In this document: one piece after another, positions 38,810 to 51,669 of the stretch
Layout: each line of letters opens with the position of its first letter
Numbering within the stretch: the first letter of the stretch is position 1
Assembly: GCA_035221665.1 (NCBI GenBank)
Contig: CM069133.1
Span: forward strand, 126,604,001-126,668,000
Direction of reading: 5' to 3'
Length of the DNA stretch: 64,000 nucleotides
Source of the DNA: Okamejei kenojei
Taxonomy: Eukaryota
The notes under the pieces: model-generated
Told to the model about the DNA's origin: nothing
Database searches by the model: none
The model's input: the letters and a program-made list of their open reading frames with translations, nothing else
Position numbers and translations under genes: made by a program

Positions 38810-41800
38810 TGGGAATACTGGTACAGGATTACCAAAAGGTTAATTTGAAAGTTGAATTGGTGGCAAGGAAGGCAAATGCAATGTTAGCATTTATTTTGAG
38901 AGGACTAGTATATAAAAGACAAGGATGTAATGGTGAGGTTTTATAAAGCACTGGTCAGACCTCATTTGGAGTACTGTGAGCAATTTTGGGCACGATATCT
39001 GACGAAGGATGTGCTGGCTCTGGAGAGAGTCCAGAGGAGTTTTCTGAGAATGATCCCATGGGATGTGTGGGTTAACATCTGTTGAGCATTTGACCTATAC
39101 TTTCTGAAGTTTAGAAGGATGACCTAATTGAAGACCTCATTGAAACTTACCGAGTAGTGAAAGGCCTGGATATAGTGGATGTGGAATGTTTCCATTAGTG
39201 GAGAGTCTAGAATCAGAGGGCACAGCCTCAGAATAAAAGGGCTCACTTTTAGAAAAGAGACGACGAGGAATTCCTTTTGTGTTCTTGTTCTATGCCTGTA
39301 TAAAACTTGAGAGTCTTCAAGGTACAACTGAAGTCTTTATTACATTAAATCAATGCTGGCAGCAAGACAATTAAAAATGGCTGCAACCAAACTACCACGA
39401 TCTGACTGCAGATCCACACTGTGTACAGACAGATGTTATCTATGTACAAAAAATTCTCCCTATGTTCCTGTGCAGCGCGAGGGACCAGCGCCAGGCAGGT
39501 CCCCTCCACTAAAAACAAATCCTTATCATCGATACTTTTTTTGCATATCTTTCATTCATTGTTACTTTAACTCTCCACATCAACGTCTATATCTCTCTTG
39601 TTTCCCTGATCCTGATCAGTCTGAAGAGAAGGTCTCGACCGAAAACATCGCCTATGCTTCCTTCGCTCTTAGATGCTGCTGCACCCGCTGAGTTTCTCCA
39701 GCCTTTTGTGTACCCTCGATTCTCCAGCATCTGCAGTTCTTCTTTAAAATTACACATAACACTCCCCTTTTCCAGTTTGAACGTCACTTTTTCCTAAATG
39801 AGTCCGCCTTGGAAATACCGCACGATTGCAACGTTAGATCGATGAGGGGCCACAGCATGATCAGACGAAGAGTTCAACTGGCCAGAACTTCGCAGGCCGG
39901 GAGGGGCAAAGTCAGGCACTCCAGTATCCACAACGATCGGCACCGGGTGTCCGACTGCTTGGTTCTGGTCAGGTTCTGCGCAAGTCCTTTCGCTGGAGAT
40001 CGCGGCTTCTTTATTGGTCATCATGCAATCGCATTGTCCGTCTTGTCCTTGGACGGTGTACAATTTTGGTTTCCAATGTGAGCCTATGATCCTGCCAGCT
40101 CGACCATTTGTTTTGCCTGCCGTATAATTGATGGTAATGTACTAGTCGTCAATGTCGAATTTTGTATTGTTCGACTTTGTTTGGCTGAGTGCCTGCCATG
40201 TAAGAGTTACGTCAGGTTCAAAACTAAATAGGGGAGAAGCGCACTTGAACGTCCGAGCATCACCATCCGCAGAGTCAACCGTACTGCAGTTTGGAACAGT
40301 TCGATATGCTGTAAGAAAACGCGCAATGCCCAATGTGTTTTTAGATTTATTTTCAACTCCGACAGCACGTTTCAATGGCCTAGCTTGAAAATGCCGATGA
40401 GCCGCTGACGCCTCACCATTTGAGGGTGGATGAAAAGGTGCTGATGTCAATGCCACGATTGAGGATGTTTTGCACCAGTTACCGGAACATTTTGTGAGTG
40501 CAAATTGGCGCCATTGTCGCATTCCGATTGTAAGGGCAATCCCAAATGGCAAAACAAATCATCGCGCACAGAGACCTGGTTGTTTCGGTGGTTGGATTAA
40601 TTTTATTCATTTGGAAAATAGACATTGGCCAGATTTCGAATGTGGCGTCCTATGACGACCAACCACATTCCCTCACCAGCAAAATCTATGTGGTGATTAG
40701 CTGCCATCGTTGGTTGGGGTACGAACCATGATTGGAGTCTTTTCCCGGCGGATTCGGCGCTAGTTTCGTGTACATGTTGTGTAGTCCTTGCAGTGGTCGG
40801 GTTATATCGGACTCGATATTTGGTCCACCAATAACCATGCAATGCGCGCGAGCGCCTGTCATGCGCACAATTCCCAATGTGTACTTTGTGCAACATTTTC
40901 AGAATTTGGGCTAGATTGCAGTTCCGTCGGAATGATCACTCGGCCAATCGCTGAGCATAAAGTCCATCCTTTGAGGAGATTTCCGTTTGCGTATTCTGGA
41001 ATGAGCATAATTCCCTTGTCCAGCCTTCGGACGACTGTTTCGGGCCCAACCCCGATCCACAAAATGTCGTACCTTCTCGAACAAAAGAGGGTCTGTGCTC
41101 GTGTAGTTTGGCGACCTTGCGGAGGCGGGGAAAAATCGTCGATGACCCAAACGTGTTTAAGTTTCACTTCCGCCTCAACTTTCCATAATTGCCTCCTCTT
41201 TAAATCGAATGTCATGTTGGGTCCAATCGGTAAACGAGATGGTGCATTGACATTGGCTGCTTGCAGACTGTCGGTAAATGATTTGGTGATCATATCCCAT
41301 CATGAATCAGGGCCCAACGTTGTAGATGCTGCAACGTCATGGACAGGCAAACGTTCTATCCACTGAAAATAGTCCACTAGCGGCTTGTGGTCAGTGATGA
41401 GCAGGAAATGTCGCCCCATTGCAATATTGGCGGACACTTCCCAAAACCATCCGCCCAGCAGCTTCTTTCTCCACTTGCTTGTAGCTTCTATTTCTCAGCG
41501 GTCGTCAGCGTTTTGGGAAGTAGAAACGCGATCCGTTCTTCTTCCTTGCCGTTCGGATGCTGTTTGTGAGTATTACAGCTCCAAGACCATACGGCGATGC
41601 ATATCGACAGTCCAGCGAGAATTCGCATTGATGGGGTCACAGTGGACCAAGCACGTCTTCTGTGCGAGCATCTCATCAACCTGTGATTGCATGGTCACAC
41701 TCTTTGCGACCAGTGGCCATTCGACGTCCTGTTCAATAGTCGCGCACTAACAGTCGAAAAGAAGTGCCGGTATGCCATGGGTAGTTGAACCTTGCCAATG

Positions 41801-43050
41801 AAGCTTTCAATCTGCCTTCACATTCCATTGGGCGTCGGCATTTTAACAAATGGTGTCCAATCTTTCCTTCCGATGGCTTCAGACCACTTGCCGAGGATCA
41901 CATGTCACGAGATATGTGACCCCTGGTGACAGAAGAATGCATCTTGTCCATGGCAAGCGCAGACTTAAGCGTAGTTGTTCGTGCCGTAAGAGGACCTGTT
42001 ATTAGGTTCGCAGTGTTCTTATCCCTCTGTCCGGCCGCTGGTGACAATTATGTCTTTTCGAGTGAATGGGCTGGGGTGGGTCACCCCCCCCCGTCCATAA
42101 CCGAAAAGGTGAGTTTGCCGGCTTTCAGTTTTCGCGAATCCGATCCTCTCACCAGATATGCCCTGACCCCACGATGACACAGCCACTGACCCGAACCTCC
42201 ACCAAAAACCCTCTCACAAAATAAAAAAAAACCCTCCAAAACAAAAAAGAAACCAGTGTCCCAACTGGAACTGCAAAATTGACGTTTCGAGACCATCAGC
42301 AAATCCTTGGCTAGTCGGTGAACAGGACACACCGCGCATTTCAATAGAAATGCTCCGGATTGAATCGAACTAAGTGTTTTTGCGCTTTCTCTTACTCTCT
42401 CAGCTTCTCCTACGGATTGACACACTGCCTGGAGATGACCTTTTTCGGTAACCGGCCAAAACAAACAACATCGATATACGTCACTCAATGATGATGATAG
42501 AGACAGTCCCGGGCCACCGACCGGTAGCTGGTTTTCGATCCTCCCCCCACATGGGTACGGCACTTCCTGAAACTGTCCCACCCTTCTCCGCATTTTCACT
42601 TGGGCCGATCAAGTGGTATCTGGCATTGCGGACGAGTCTGACGAACTGTATGCACCTCCTGAGGGATGCTTCGGAACACTGTTTTGGGCCATCCAAATTT
42701 ATGCCAGTTTTTTACCTGTTTTTTATTCTGTCTGTAAATTGTGTACAGACAGATACACTATGTACAAAAGCATCTCCCTTTGTCCCTGTGGCAGCACCAC
42801 CTGCTGCGAAACATGGGAGTAGCAACAGGTCGAGACCCATCTTCAGTCTGAAGAAGGGTCTCGACCCGAAACGTCGCCTATCTCCTTCGCTCCTTAGATG
42901 CTGCTGCACCCGCTGAGTTTCTCCAGCTTTTTGTGTACCATCACAATTTCTTTAATCAGAAGATGGCAAATCTATACAAATCATTGCCAACAAATGGCTG
43001 TGGAGGACGTCATTGGGTATTTGTAACGCAGAGATTCACAGATACTTGAC
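38810..43050 (+). mobile_element. CR1 3' fragment split by the Gypsy block
   Basis: [18 protein letters not shown]...RIRGHSLRIK to ~39275, resuming at ~42945. Confidence 0.6.
39297..42827 (-). mobile_element. Degenerate Ty3/Gypsy LTR retrotransposon (gag-RT-RNase H-integrase)
   Basis: Frameshifted motifs in Gypsy order: KGHLQAVCQS knuckle (~42430), ASPYGLGAV...KTLTTAEK...QVEKEA and RHFLLITDHKPLV (RNase H, ~41375-41600), PNIESDI, HIDFAG and APFHPPSNGEA (integrase). PPT ggaaaaggggag precedes TGTTATG at 39761; LTR-like repeat tgtgtacagacagat...tatgtacaaaa at 39420 and 42740. Confidence 0.8.
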
Positions 43051-43189
43051 TGACATATAACCATATAACAATTACATTATAACCATATAACAATTACTGA
43101 CACATCCAATTTCACCTTCTCTCTCTCAAAAATGCAGGATACATATTATCATATTGAATGGACGCTAAGACCTCGCTAGGGTGTGGGTT

Positions 43190-43450
43190 ATCACGTTTGG
43201 CCTTGGAGGTTCCGGCGTGTAGTGGTCAAGGGAACGGTGCCGGTGACAGAGTGGAGCAGTCTAATGGTTAGCGGTCCGTGGCAGGGAGGGAGTGGGACAA
43301 AAACAGTTTGGTGAAGTAGTTCACGGAATAGGAAGGGAACGGTTCTTTGGCATTTGCAGTGACGGCGCGGGTTGGGAGTGTATGGGACTGAATCCACTAT
43401 AACTGCTTCTGTCAGCCATCCAAGCTTTAGAAACCATTTCGGGGGCACTC
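43190..43450 (-). mobile_element. Short relic resembling ORF1 (zinc-knuckle region) of an I/Nimb-type LINE
   Basis: LKLGWL...VPYTPNPRRHCKCQR resembles the VRPYIPNPxRCxKCQRxGH signature. Confidence 0.35.
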
Positions 43451-43454
43451 CACA

Positions 43455-44040
43455 AATTCCTTTTCTTGGGGTCCAGTACCAACCTGATTTTCCCAGTCTA
43501 CCTGCATATGGAAATCTCTCATGACCACCATATCATTGCCTTTCTTTCATGCTGATTGTATCTCCTAATGTAACTTGTACCCTGTATCCTGGCTACTGTT
43601 TGAGGGCCTGTAAATAACTCCCATTAGGGTATTTTTATCCTTACAATTTCTCAGCTGCACCCACAATGACACTGATCCAATGCCACCATTCACTAAGCTG
43701 CCCCACCCCCTCTGTCCACTTGCCTGTCTTTCCGATAGGACGTAAAACCTTGAATATACAGCTCCCAGCTCCGATCCTCTTTCAGCCACATCTCCGTAAT
43801 TCCCACAACATCATACCTACCAATTTCTAACTGCTACAAGATCATCCACTTTGTTTCTTGTACTATGCACATTCAAATACAACTCCTTTAATTCAGTATT
43901 CAGTATTCTCTCACACCGGTCCTGATTTTATCCAACCGTACTCTCTTATCCCTTCTTAAACTTTCCGTTCTAGTACTTCTGGAGACTTCTGTAACTTTTC
44001 CTGCACTCTCTTTCCCTTTAACTCCACCTTGTGAATCTGC
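43455..44040 (-). mobile_element. CR1 endonuclease-region fragment
   Basis: SLWVQLRNCKDKNTLMGVIYRPSNSSQD plus VVMRDFHMQVDWENQ. Confidence 0.7.
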
Positions 44041-44719
44041 TCATTTCTCTCCTCAGATGCTGCCCAACCTGCTGAGTTTACTCAGCAGGTTGCAGTGTAG
44101 GTTGTTGGCAGTGTTATTTCTTATGAAATAGTAATTTGACTGCTGCCAAAAGGGATTGCGTATAAACTATTCATGGGAAATCTGAGTTTACCAGCAGGAA
44201 GTCATCCCCCAATCTGAGGTGTTTATAAGGTTCATCAATGCTTGTAACTTCATTGGTGATGATTTGGTTGCAGGAAAGCAATGCTGTGTTGCGAAGGAAT
44301 AAAGTGAAGGAATAAAATGCTGATATATGCAGTCCATATCTTCAAACATTTAGCAATAGTGGAAGGAAAGCTCTACTCAGGATCAAGTATACTCTCAAGG
44401 TCTTTAAGGCATACTTTTCCCACACTACTTCTTCAACATTTCAATGGTCTAACGAGTCCAGCACGAGTCCATCACATGAAGCTTGATGACAGAAGGGAAA
44501 AAGCTGTTCCTGAGTCTGGAGGTACATTCATTTACGCTTCTGTATCTTCTGCCTGCTGGGAGTGGAGAGAAGAAAGACCTACCAGAGTAGGACAAGTATT
44601 GGGCTGACTACTGGACAGGTATATGGATAAGAAAGTGAGGAATATGGGATAACGATAGACGTGGGATGAGCTTGGCTATGCAACTTTCTTGGTATGGCCT
44701 GGTTCAAAAATTAAATTAC

Positions 44720-45230
44720 ATGGAAATGAAAGAGGCTGCAGAAATTGGTGGACATTGCCAATCTATCATGGGTGCTGACCTCCCCACCACCAAAGGAACC
44801 TCCGAGAACTGCTGTCTTAAGAAGGCAGCCAATATCATTAAAGACACGCATCACCCTGAACATGCTTTCTTCTCGCTGCTACCATCAGGATGAAGGTATG
44901 GGATTGTGTTATCCGTTACCTAAACAGACTACCTTGGAGTTAACACCATGTACTATGTAACTCAAATTTCACTGTACCTTAATTGGGTAAGTGACAATAA
45001 ATGCGAACTAGAACTTGAACTTGAACTTGTAGTTCAATGTACTTCGGTTTTTGCACTATCATGGTCTAATTTACTTATATCAGAATCAGAATTATCAGAA
45101 TTACATAACATATTGTATACTTGTTGTTGCTTCTCAAATATGCCTGTAAAGCTGCAGAGGCATATTTAATGCAAAAAAAAAAATCCACTATTCTGTTCGT
45201 ATCCAGTGTACTTGATAAATAAACGCGCTT
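44720..45230 (+). mobile_element. Rex1/Babar-type LINE 3' fragment
   Basis: CCLKKAANIIKDTHHPEHAFFSLLPSG. Confidence 0.65.
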
Positions 45231-45589
45231 GACATATTTAACCTGCATGGAAGTAACTCACCAAGTCTCCTTTAATTATGCTTGTTAAACCATGATCTGA
45301 TCTACCATCCATAAAGCCAGCTGATCAACTGTAAAGGTGCACCATCATCTGCAAGTTTGCCACCACATCACACACTATTGGACTAGTAAAATATACTCAA
45401 ACCTTCTAACTGGATCAGACTCACGCAACTTTCTTAACAGCACTATGCAAGTACTGGTTACAGAGATTCATTGTAGAATATCCTTTATGAAAAATAAACC
45501 GCTGAGAACTAAACAGTTTGAAGTTCCATTGGAAAAAGTACTAAACTGCAACTCTAACCTCTAGGATTATGCACACGAGGGGTACTGAG

Positions 45590-45890
45590 GGGTAATCGAG
45601 GACCAAAGGACACAGGTGAAGGGAACAGATTTAATAGAATCTGAGGCATAACCATTTTCACACAAAGTGGTGGTGGCTGTATGGAACAGATGCCAAGAAG
45701 GAGGTAATTTGAGGCTGGGACTATCCCAATGTAGAACAGTGTTAGACAGTACACAGATAGGGCAAGTTTGGAGGGATATGGATGACCAGAGCTGCAGGCA
45801 TGTGGGAACTAGTGGTAGTCTGGGACATAATTGGCCGGGTGTGGGCAAGTTGGCCAAAGAGCCTGTTCACACTGTATCACTCTATATTTC
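45590..45890 (+). mobile_element. CR1 LINE 3' end
   Basis: RFNRI...FTQSGGGCME-type segment and tail gtgtgggcaagttggccaaagagcctgtt. Confidence 0.6.
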
Positions 45891-46071
45891 TCTACACTCT
45901 TTGAGCTACCAATCACTACCAGACTTGGGCTGAGGTTCATTTGCAACCCAATGGCCTCACTATACTGTATATTAACGACCTCTTTTAGTATCTATTGTTC
46001 CTTTGATGGTCCACCATAGACTGTAGGTCCTCACAAGACGGCTATTTCTGTGCCGTACAATCACTGTAACT

Positions 46072-49000
46072 AGTAAAGATTAAACGAGAACTTACCAGTT
46101 CGAAGTTTTGATCGTTAATTTTTATGTAGAAGTTACGATGAGGGAATACTTGAAGAACCCGCCCTCACGCTGGCAACGGCCATCTTCAAAGCATCAGGCG
46201 GCATGAAAAACACAGACCAAAAGCCGGAGTAACATAGTAAGGCACATAAAAGACTTAGAACTACCATTTTATCATTTATTTTATATGAGGGTGGGTAGTT
46301 GGACGGGGCAAGGTAATCTCTCACGTAACTCCTCATAAAATAACGATCAAACTTCGAACTGGTAAGTTCTCTTTTAATCTTACTATTTTACTTCGGAGTC
46401 ACGTGATGACTACGTGAAGATTTTAAGCTTTCTGTGTTTTTTATGTCGTAAATTAATCCCGTACACATTCCCCGGCTAAGTAAACACATACATTAGAAAC
46501 CAGACTAATGTTAGTTCTTTTCAATTCACTCTTATTCTGGTTTAAAAGACCATTTTTTTATAGACCACCATATATTTCTGAGGAATGATTACAAATGATA
46601 AAAGAATATAAGTGACTACATAACTGATTATAGCAATTAATAGGAAACAAAGCCGGTGATTATAGTGAAATCCCAACACCGCGTGACGTGTCCAAAGCTT
46701 ATCAATAGTGAACAAGTATTATTGTAGAACTTTGAAAAGTATTTTGATTTACTCCACCCTGCGATTTTTAAAATATGCTCGAGAGGTACGTCCCGCCCTT
46801 CGCCGCGGACGTAGCTGCCGCCCCTGGTGGAGTGAGAATTTGAACACATCAGTGTCTACTCCCGCTATAAGCAACACCTGTTTCAACCACTTTGAGATAG
46901 TTTAAAACTGAAGAGTCTTGTGTGTGGTTTTTGTGCGTAACCCATTAACGTTTGTTTTCATTTATCCCCCTCGGAAGAGTCCTATATCGTTAATATATTG
47001 GTTCAGAATGTCCTAACCTACACAAAGTAGGATCAATATGATAAGCTTGAAAGGTTACCTTTGCTCCCGATCTCCGTGGTCGCTTTGTTTGATCAGCTCG
47101 TAAACATAGAACACAATATTATCTGTAGTCCACATGCATACAGTCTAAATGCAACATTTATAAATTTGCACTCTTTGAGCTGAGACCAGTGACATTAACA
47201 TTATTAATTTCAATGTTAATCTTTCCAATGTCAATCCTTCAATTGGATCCATTGTCTAAGTAGAGTAGTACAATGCTCACATCCCAAATCTCTGTGTATC
47301 TTGGTTTGGGTGGATTAATGTTAAAGATTCCTTTCATGCATCTAGATATTAAAATGGATGTGACCCAATTGATTTCTGATCAGTCATAAGTCCTAAATAG
47401 GATGACAAGGCACTGCGTGCAGTGTTAATGGCACTGTAACTTAAATGTTGCTCAAAATGCAAATTGGCAAGGAATTCCAAAACATTTGCAATGTTTCACA
47501 ATATCATAAGAAATATTTGACTGTGTGCAAAATTCTTCCCATCTACTTAATATGTGTCATTTTATTGTTTTTTGTGTGCTATCTCGCCATGATCGACTAT
47601 AATTTCATCGTTTTGTCCGATAATCCCAGCTCCTGCAGTGGTCTGGTCAAAACCTGTATTAATAAATTCATATATGCATATAATGGATAAATTTCTTTAG
47701 TTACTGGACGAATCAAAATATCACTACAGTTTAGGAATCGACTCTTTAATCATATTCAGCATTACTGGAACCAAAGTTGAGTTGGCCAATTTGGAACTAC
47801 CAACAATCCAGAGGCAGAATCTTGTTCTATCTTCTTCAGACATCTCTGAATCAAAGCAAATGGTGGAAAAGCATAAAAGAACATATTTCCCCCAGTTTAA
47901 CGAAACAGCATCTACTGCTACTGCATCTGGATCGTGTTCCCAGACACATATTTAGTAATTGATGATTAAGCCTTGATGCATACAAGTCAATTTCTGGTAA
48001 CCCAAATTGGTGTATAATATTTTTAAATATTGCTGGATTAAGCATCCATTCCGTATAATCTTTAAATATCCTTGATCTTTTATCTGCCTCCACATTGTCT
48101 TTACCTGGAATGTAGCTTGCTGAAATCCATATTTGGCGATCAATACACCATTACCAATTTATTGACCAGTCAACAATCACATGATACTGATCTAACTCCC
48201 CCATTGATAAAATTATATGCAACAGCCGTATTATTGTCTAACTGTATTAACACATGTACAACTTGTTTTGCACAACAATATGCTTTTAGTCCATAAAAGC
48301 ACCCAATAACTCCAAATAGTTAATACCATCAGCTTGAAGAAACGCTTCTTCTTGAGCTTTTCCATCTACCTCCACAATTGGAGGATGAATCTGTTGCCCC
48401 CCATCCGAGAGCACTAGCATCTGTTTGTAAAACCATTCAGGCTGTTTAATCAATGATATTTATTAGCAGCTTGTGGGACATTTTTTAACCCACCATTGTA
48501 ACTTCCAAACACAGCTTCTTTTGTTACTTACATAGGCCTGTCAAGTGGCCTGCCTTCTCTTTGAGAGCTCGTATCTTGTCCCTTCGAAGATTTTGATAAT
48601 GTAATGGACCAAATTCTACTGCAGGAAACGCTGCTACCAGTTTACCAATGGTTTTTCCGCTATTTCTCGGATGGAAGGATAAGGTTTGAATGAGATAATT
48701 ACAAGTTACCAAAATATCATCAAACTTTATCTGTTGGTAAAGTTATTAAACATAGTCACTGAGTTAATTACAAAACCCCAAAAGTTAATTGTTTGTGCTG
48801 GCTGCAGCTGGGACTTAATTGGATGAATCAAGAACCCTAGCTTACCACAAAGTCTTTAGTAACTGAAACTGAGTTCTCAGCTGACTCTTGATAATCACTA
48901 ATGATCAGAATGTCATTGAGATAAGCCATAATAATGTGCATTTGTGCTCTTAATTGGGCTAAACTGGTTTCAACAGTTTCGTAAAGAGTCCTAAGAGCTG

Positions 49001-51032
49001 AACTCAGTCCATTTGGCAAAGCTTAACTGCCATAATTGTCCCAACCAATTAAATTTTAAGATACCATACCGAAAAAAAAACTGATGCATAGGTACAGAAT
49101 AATAGGCGTCTTTTCATCAATCTTAGCCATATAACAACCTGCTGAAGTTTAAATATTTTGCAGTATTCAATGTCTCCCATTTTAAAAATGTTTGTATTCT
49201 ACAAACTTATTTAGATCTGTAAGGTCCAGAATACTTCTGCAACCGCCATCTTTATTCCTTTCTAAAAATATTAAAACAAATTATGGCCTCGTGTTCATAA
49301 GTTTTTCCCATTACCCCCTTTTCCAGATAATTGGGCAATTGGACATTAATCTCTGCTTTTTCAATTGCAGAAACACGAAAAACATAAGCAGGTTTTATTC
49401 TGTACAGGAGGATTAACCCCTTCTTTAAAAGTAATAGTGGTTAATGAAACTGCTTGTAATATATACCGATCAAAAAGTAATAGTAAGCCAGTCTTTATAA
49501 ACTTTTTGTAATCTCCCTCTAACGGGGAGATTAATCCGCAGTTTCTTTAAGCATAGAACAAGCTTTTAATTCCTCTCCATATGAGCGTGGTGGTCTCCTT
49601 TTCCCCCCAATTCGGGTAAGTATTTGGCTGTGCAGTACAATAGACTTCCTTGACATATTTCTGCCTCTATTTCCAAAATCAAATCCCCTTCTGGCGCGAA
49701 AATACCTTTTTTGTTCCAAAGACAAAGGTTTCATGCAGCTAAATATATTTAGCTTTTCATCCAATTTTAATAATTTAGGCAGATTACTCCAAACAGACAA
49801 CCAGGAGCTTAAACACCACTTGCTCGACACAGGTATGCAAACCTTGGTGTGAAAATGGGCCAAATAGCCATTTACCTCATACAAAATTTCATAGAAAGAA
49901 TTGCAACAATAGCGTCTTTTTTTTTTTTTTTTTTTTCTCTTATCCGATCTCCGCAGAAAGCCATAATGCAGCAGAAATAATTTGTGAGGATTTTTGAACC
50001 TCACTACTTGACGCTATGATATTTGGGGTCATGGATGCCCATATCAACGGATAAACCGTAGCACTTCAATGAGGCACAATTTCTTGTGCTGTGCAATTTT
50101 AATATTTCAATCATCACAGAAACATGAATTTAGTGAGATACCATATATATTATGTTGGCAGCTAGGTTTTCTTCCATAGCCTCACCACTTCCTTCATATA
50201 TAGCAAATTCTTTTTCCTATCCGCCCCAGGCACATTTGGCCTTTTTTTTTTTTTTTTTTCTTTTTCTTTTTTATTTATTTTGTGGTGTGCTTTCAAATGC
50301 AAATCACCATCAACAGGGTCTGCCTTCTGCAGCCCTAAATCAATTGGGATTTTCATCCCATGAGACTTCTTCCGGCCCAAATCCTGGTTCCGGAGTTCCA
50401 ACTCCCAATTAGGCCCACAGCCATATTCAGAAAAATTTAAAACCCCTCAGGGCTTTTTTAGGAACCTTCTGGTACTATGACCCTAGTCTCATAATAATTT
50501 GGAGAACTTTCTCCATATGCTCCATAATTAGTTCCACATAGTTTAATTATCTGGAGGACTTGCAATATCAGAGTCATCAAAACCACGGGCCTCTCAGATT
50601 TTTTTTTTTTTTTTTTTCATTTTCATTTTCGGGAGCATTTCTCTCCGTGGTTATCATTTTTTTGGAAACTAATTCGCTAACGGGTATATCTGCGGCCACC
50701 GGTATCGGAACCGCTCCGCACTAGCTTTCCCGTATATTTATTTTTCACCCCAGGAAGCACTTTACCCGCGAATTTTCTTTTACTTCATAATCTGTGCTAT
50801 CCAGCACTTAACTTGACTCTGACTTGATTTAACATAACTATTACTGCTGGACCTACCCAGCGTCCACTAAAACATCCCTACTTTGCTGCACTTACCTGCG
50901 GGGCCGTTCCGACCGCTGCGAGGAGCTGCTCCTTACTGCAGCTCCTCCTTCCGCCGTCAGCGTTGACGTCATGCCGTTGCCAGCGTGAGGCGGGTTCTTC
51001 ACGTAGTCACTCACGTGACTCCGAAGTAAAAT
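46072..51032 (-). mobile_element. DIRS1-type tyrosine-recombinase retrotransposon, full-length architecture
   Basis: ITRs 50971-51001 versus 46151-46182. ICR ~46320-46421 is complementary to both termini (50996-51032 and 46072-46140). Coding remnants: RT AQLRAQMHIIMAYLNDILII, IGKLVAAFPAVEFGPLHY, PEIDLYASRLNHQL; recombinase HSTR...VPLEHILKIAGWS...FSKFYN. Confidence 0.9.
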
Positions 51033-51364
51033 TCTATTTTTATGTGTAAGCTTCTTTATTCTCTGGTGGACCTCGGCAAAGGGCAGTTCTAGATTATTTT
51101 GAAGGAGGAAAGAGACATAAGGATTCTGAAGGTCATGCTTACAGAATCGACAGCTTGAAAATTAGAAGCCAAGTTGAATAAGGGGATATTTTTCTGAGGA
51201 GGACGATAGATATGAAGAGAATGTAATTTGCAATGATCTCAAAAAATGGCCAATCCACCTTTTTGGGTAATAAATTGGTGAAGGTAGTATTGACTAACAA
51301 GCAATGTTTTTGCCAATAATGACTATGCACTATGTTTTACTATATTTGTGGGTGTAAATACTGA

Positions 51365-51478
51365 TACTGAGTGGGATACTGAGTTGGATGATCAGCCATG
51401 ATCATATTGAATGGCGGTGCAGGCTCGAAGGGCTGAATGGCCTACTCCTGCACCTAATTTCTATGTTTCTATGTTTCT
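51365..51478 (+). mobile_element. CR1 (HER1-like) 3' tail
   Basis: gatactgagttggatgatcagcc...(tttctatg)n. Confidence 0.8.
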
Positions 51479-51669
51479 AAAATGTGCGAGTGAATGTGTT
51501 GCAATGTGACTGGGGTAAATACAAATGGGTGCATCATTTGTGTGTTCACTCTGTCTATTGAGCTGTGAGTCCATACAGAATGTGAAATGTGGCTGTGTAT
51601 GTGGAAAAGATGGTAAGCATGCATTTATCAGTTAGGGGTCATGACATTCTTGGACATGAATTCCTGGAG

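Noticed and set aside
40788-41750. Plus-strand ORFs of 192 and 121 aa
   Set aside because: Antisense to Gypsy pol remnants; no independent protein signature.
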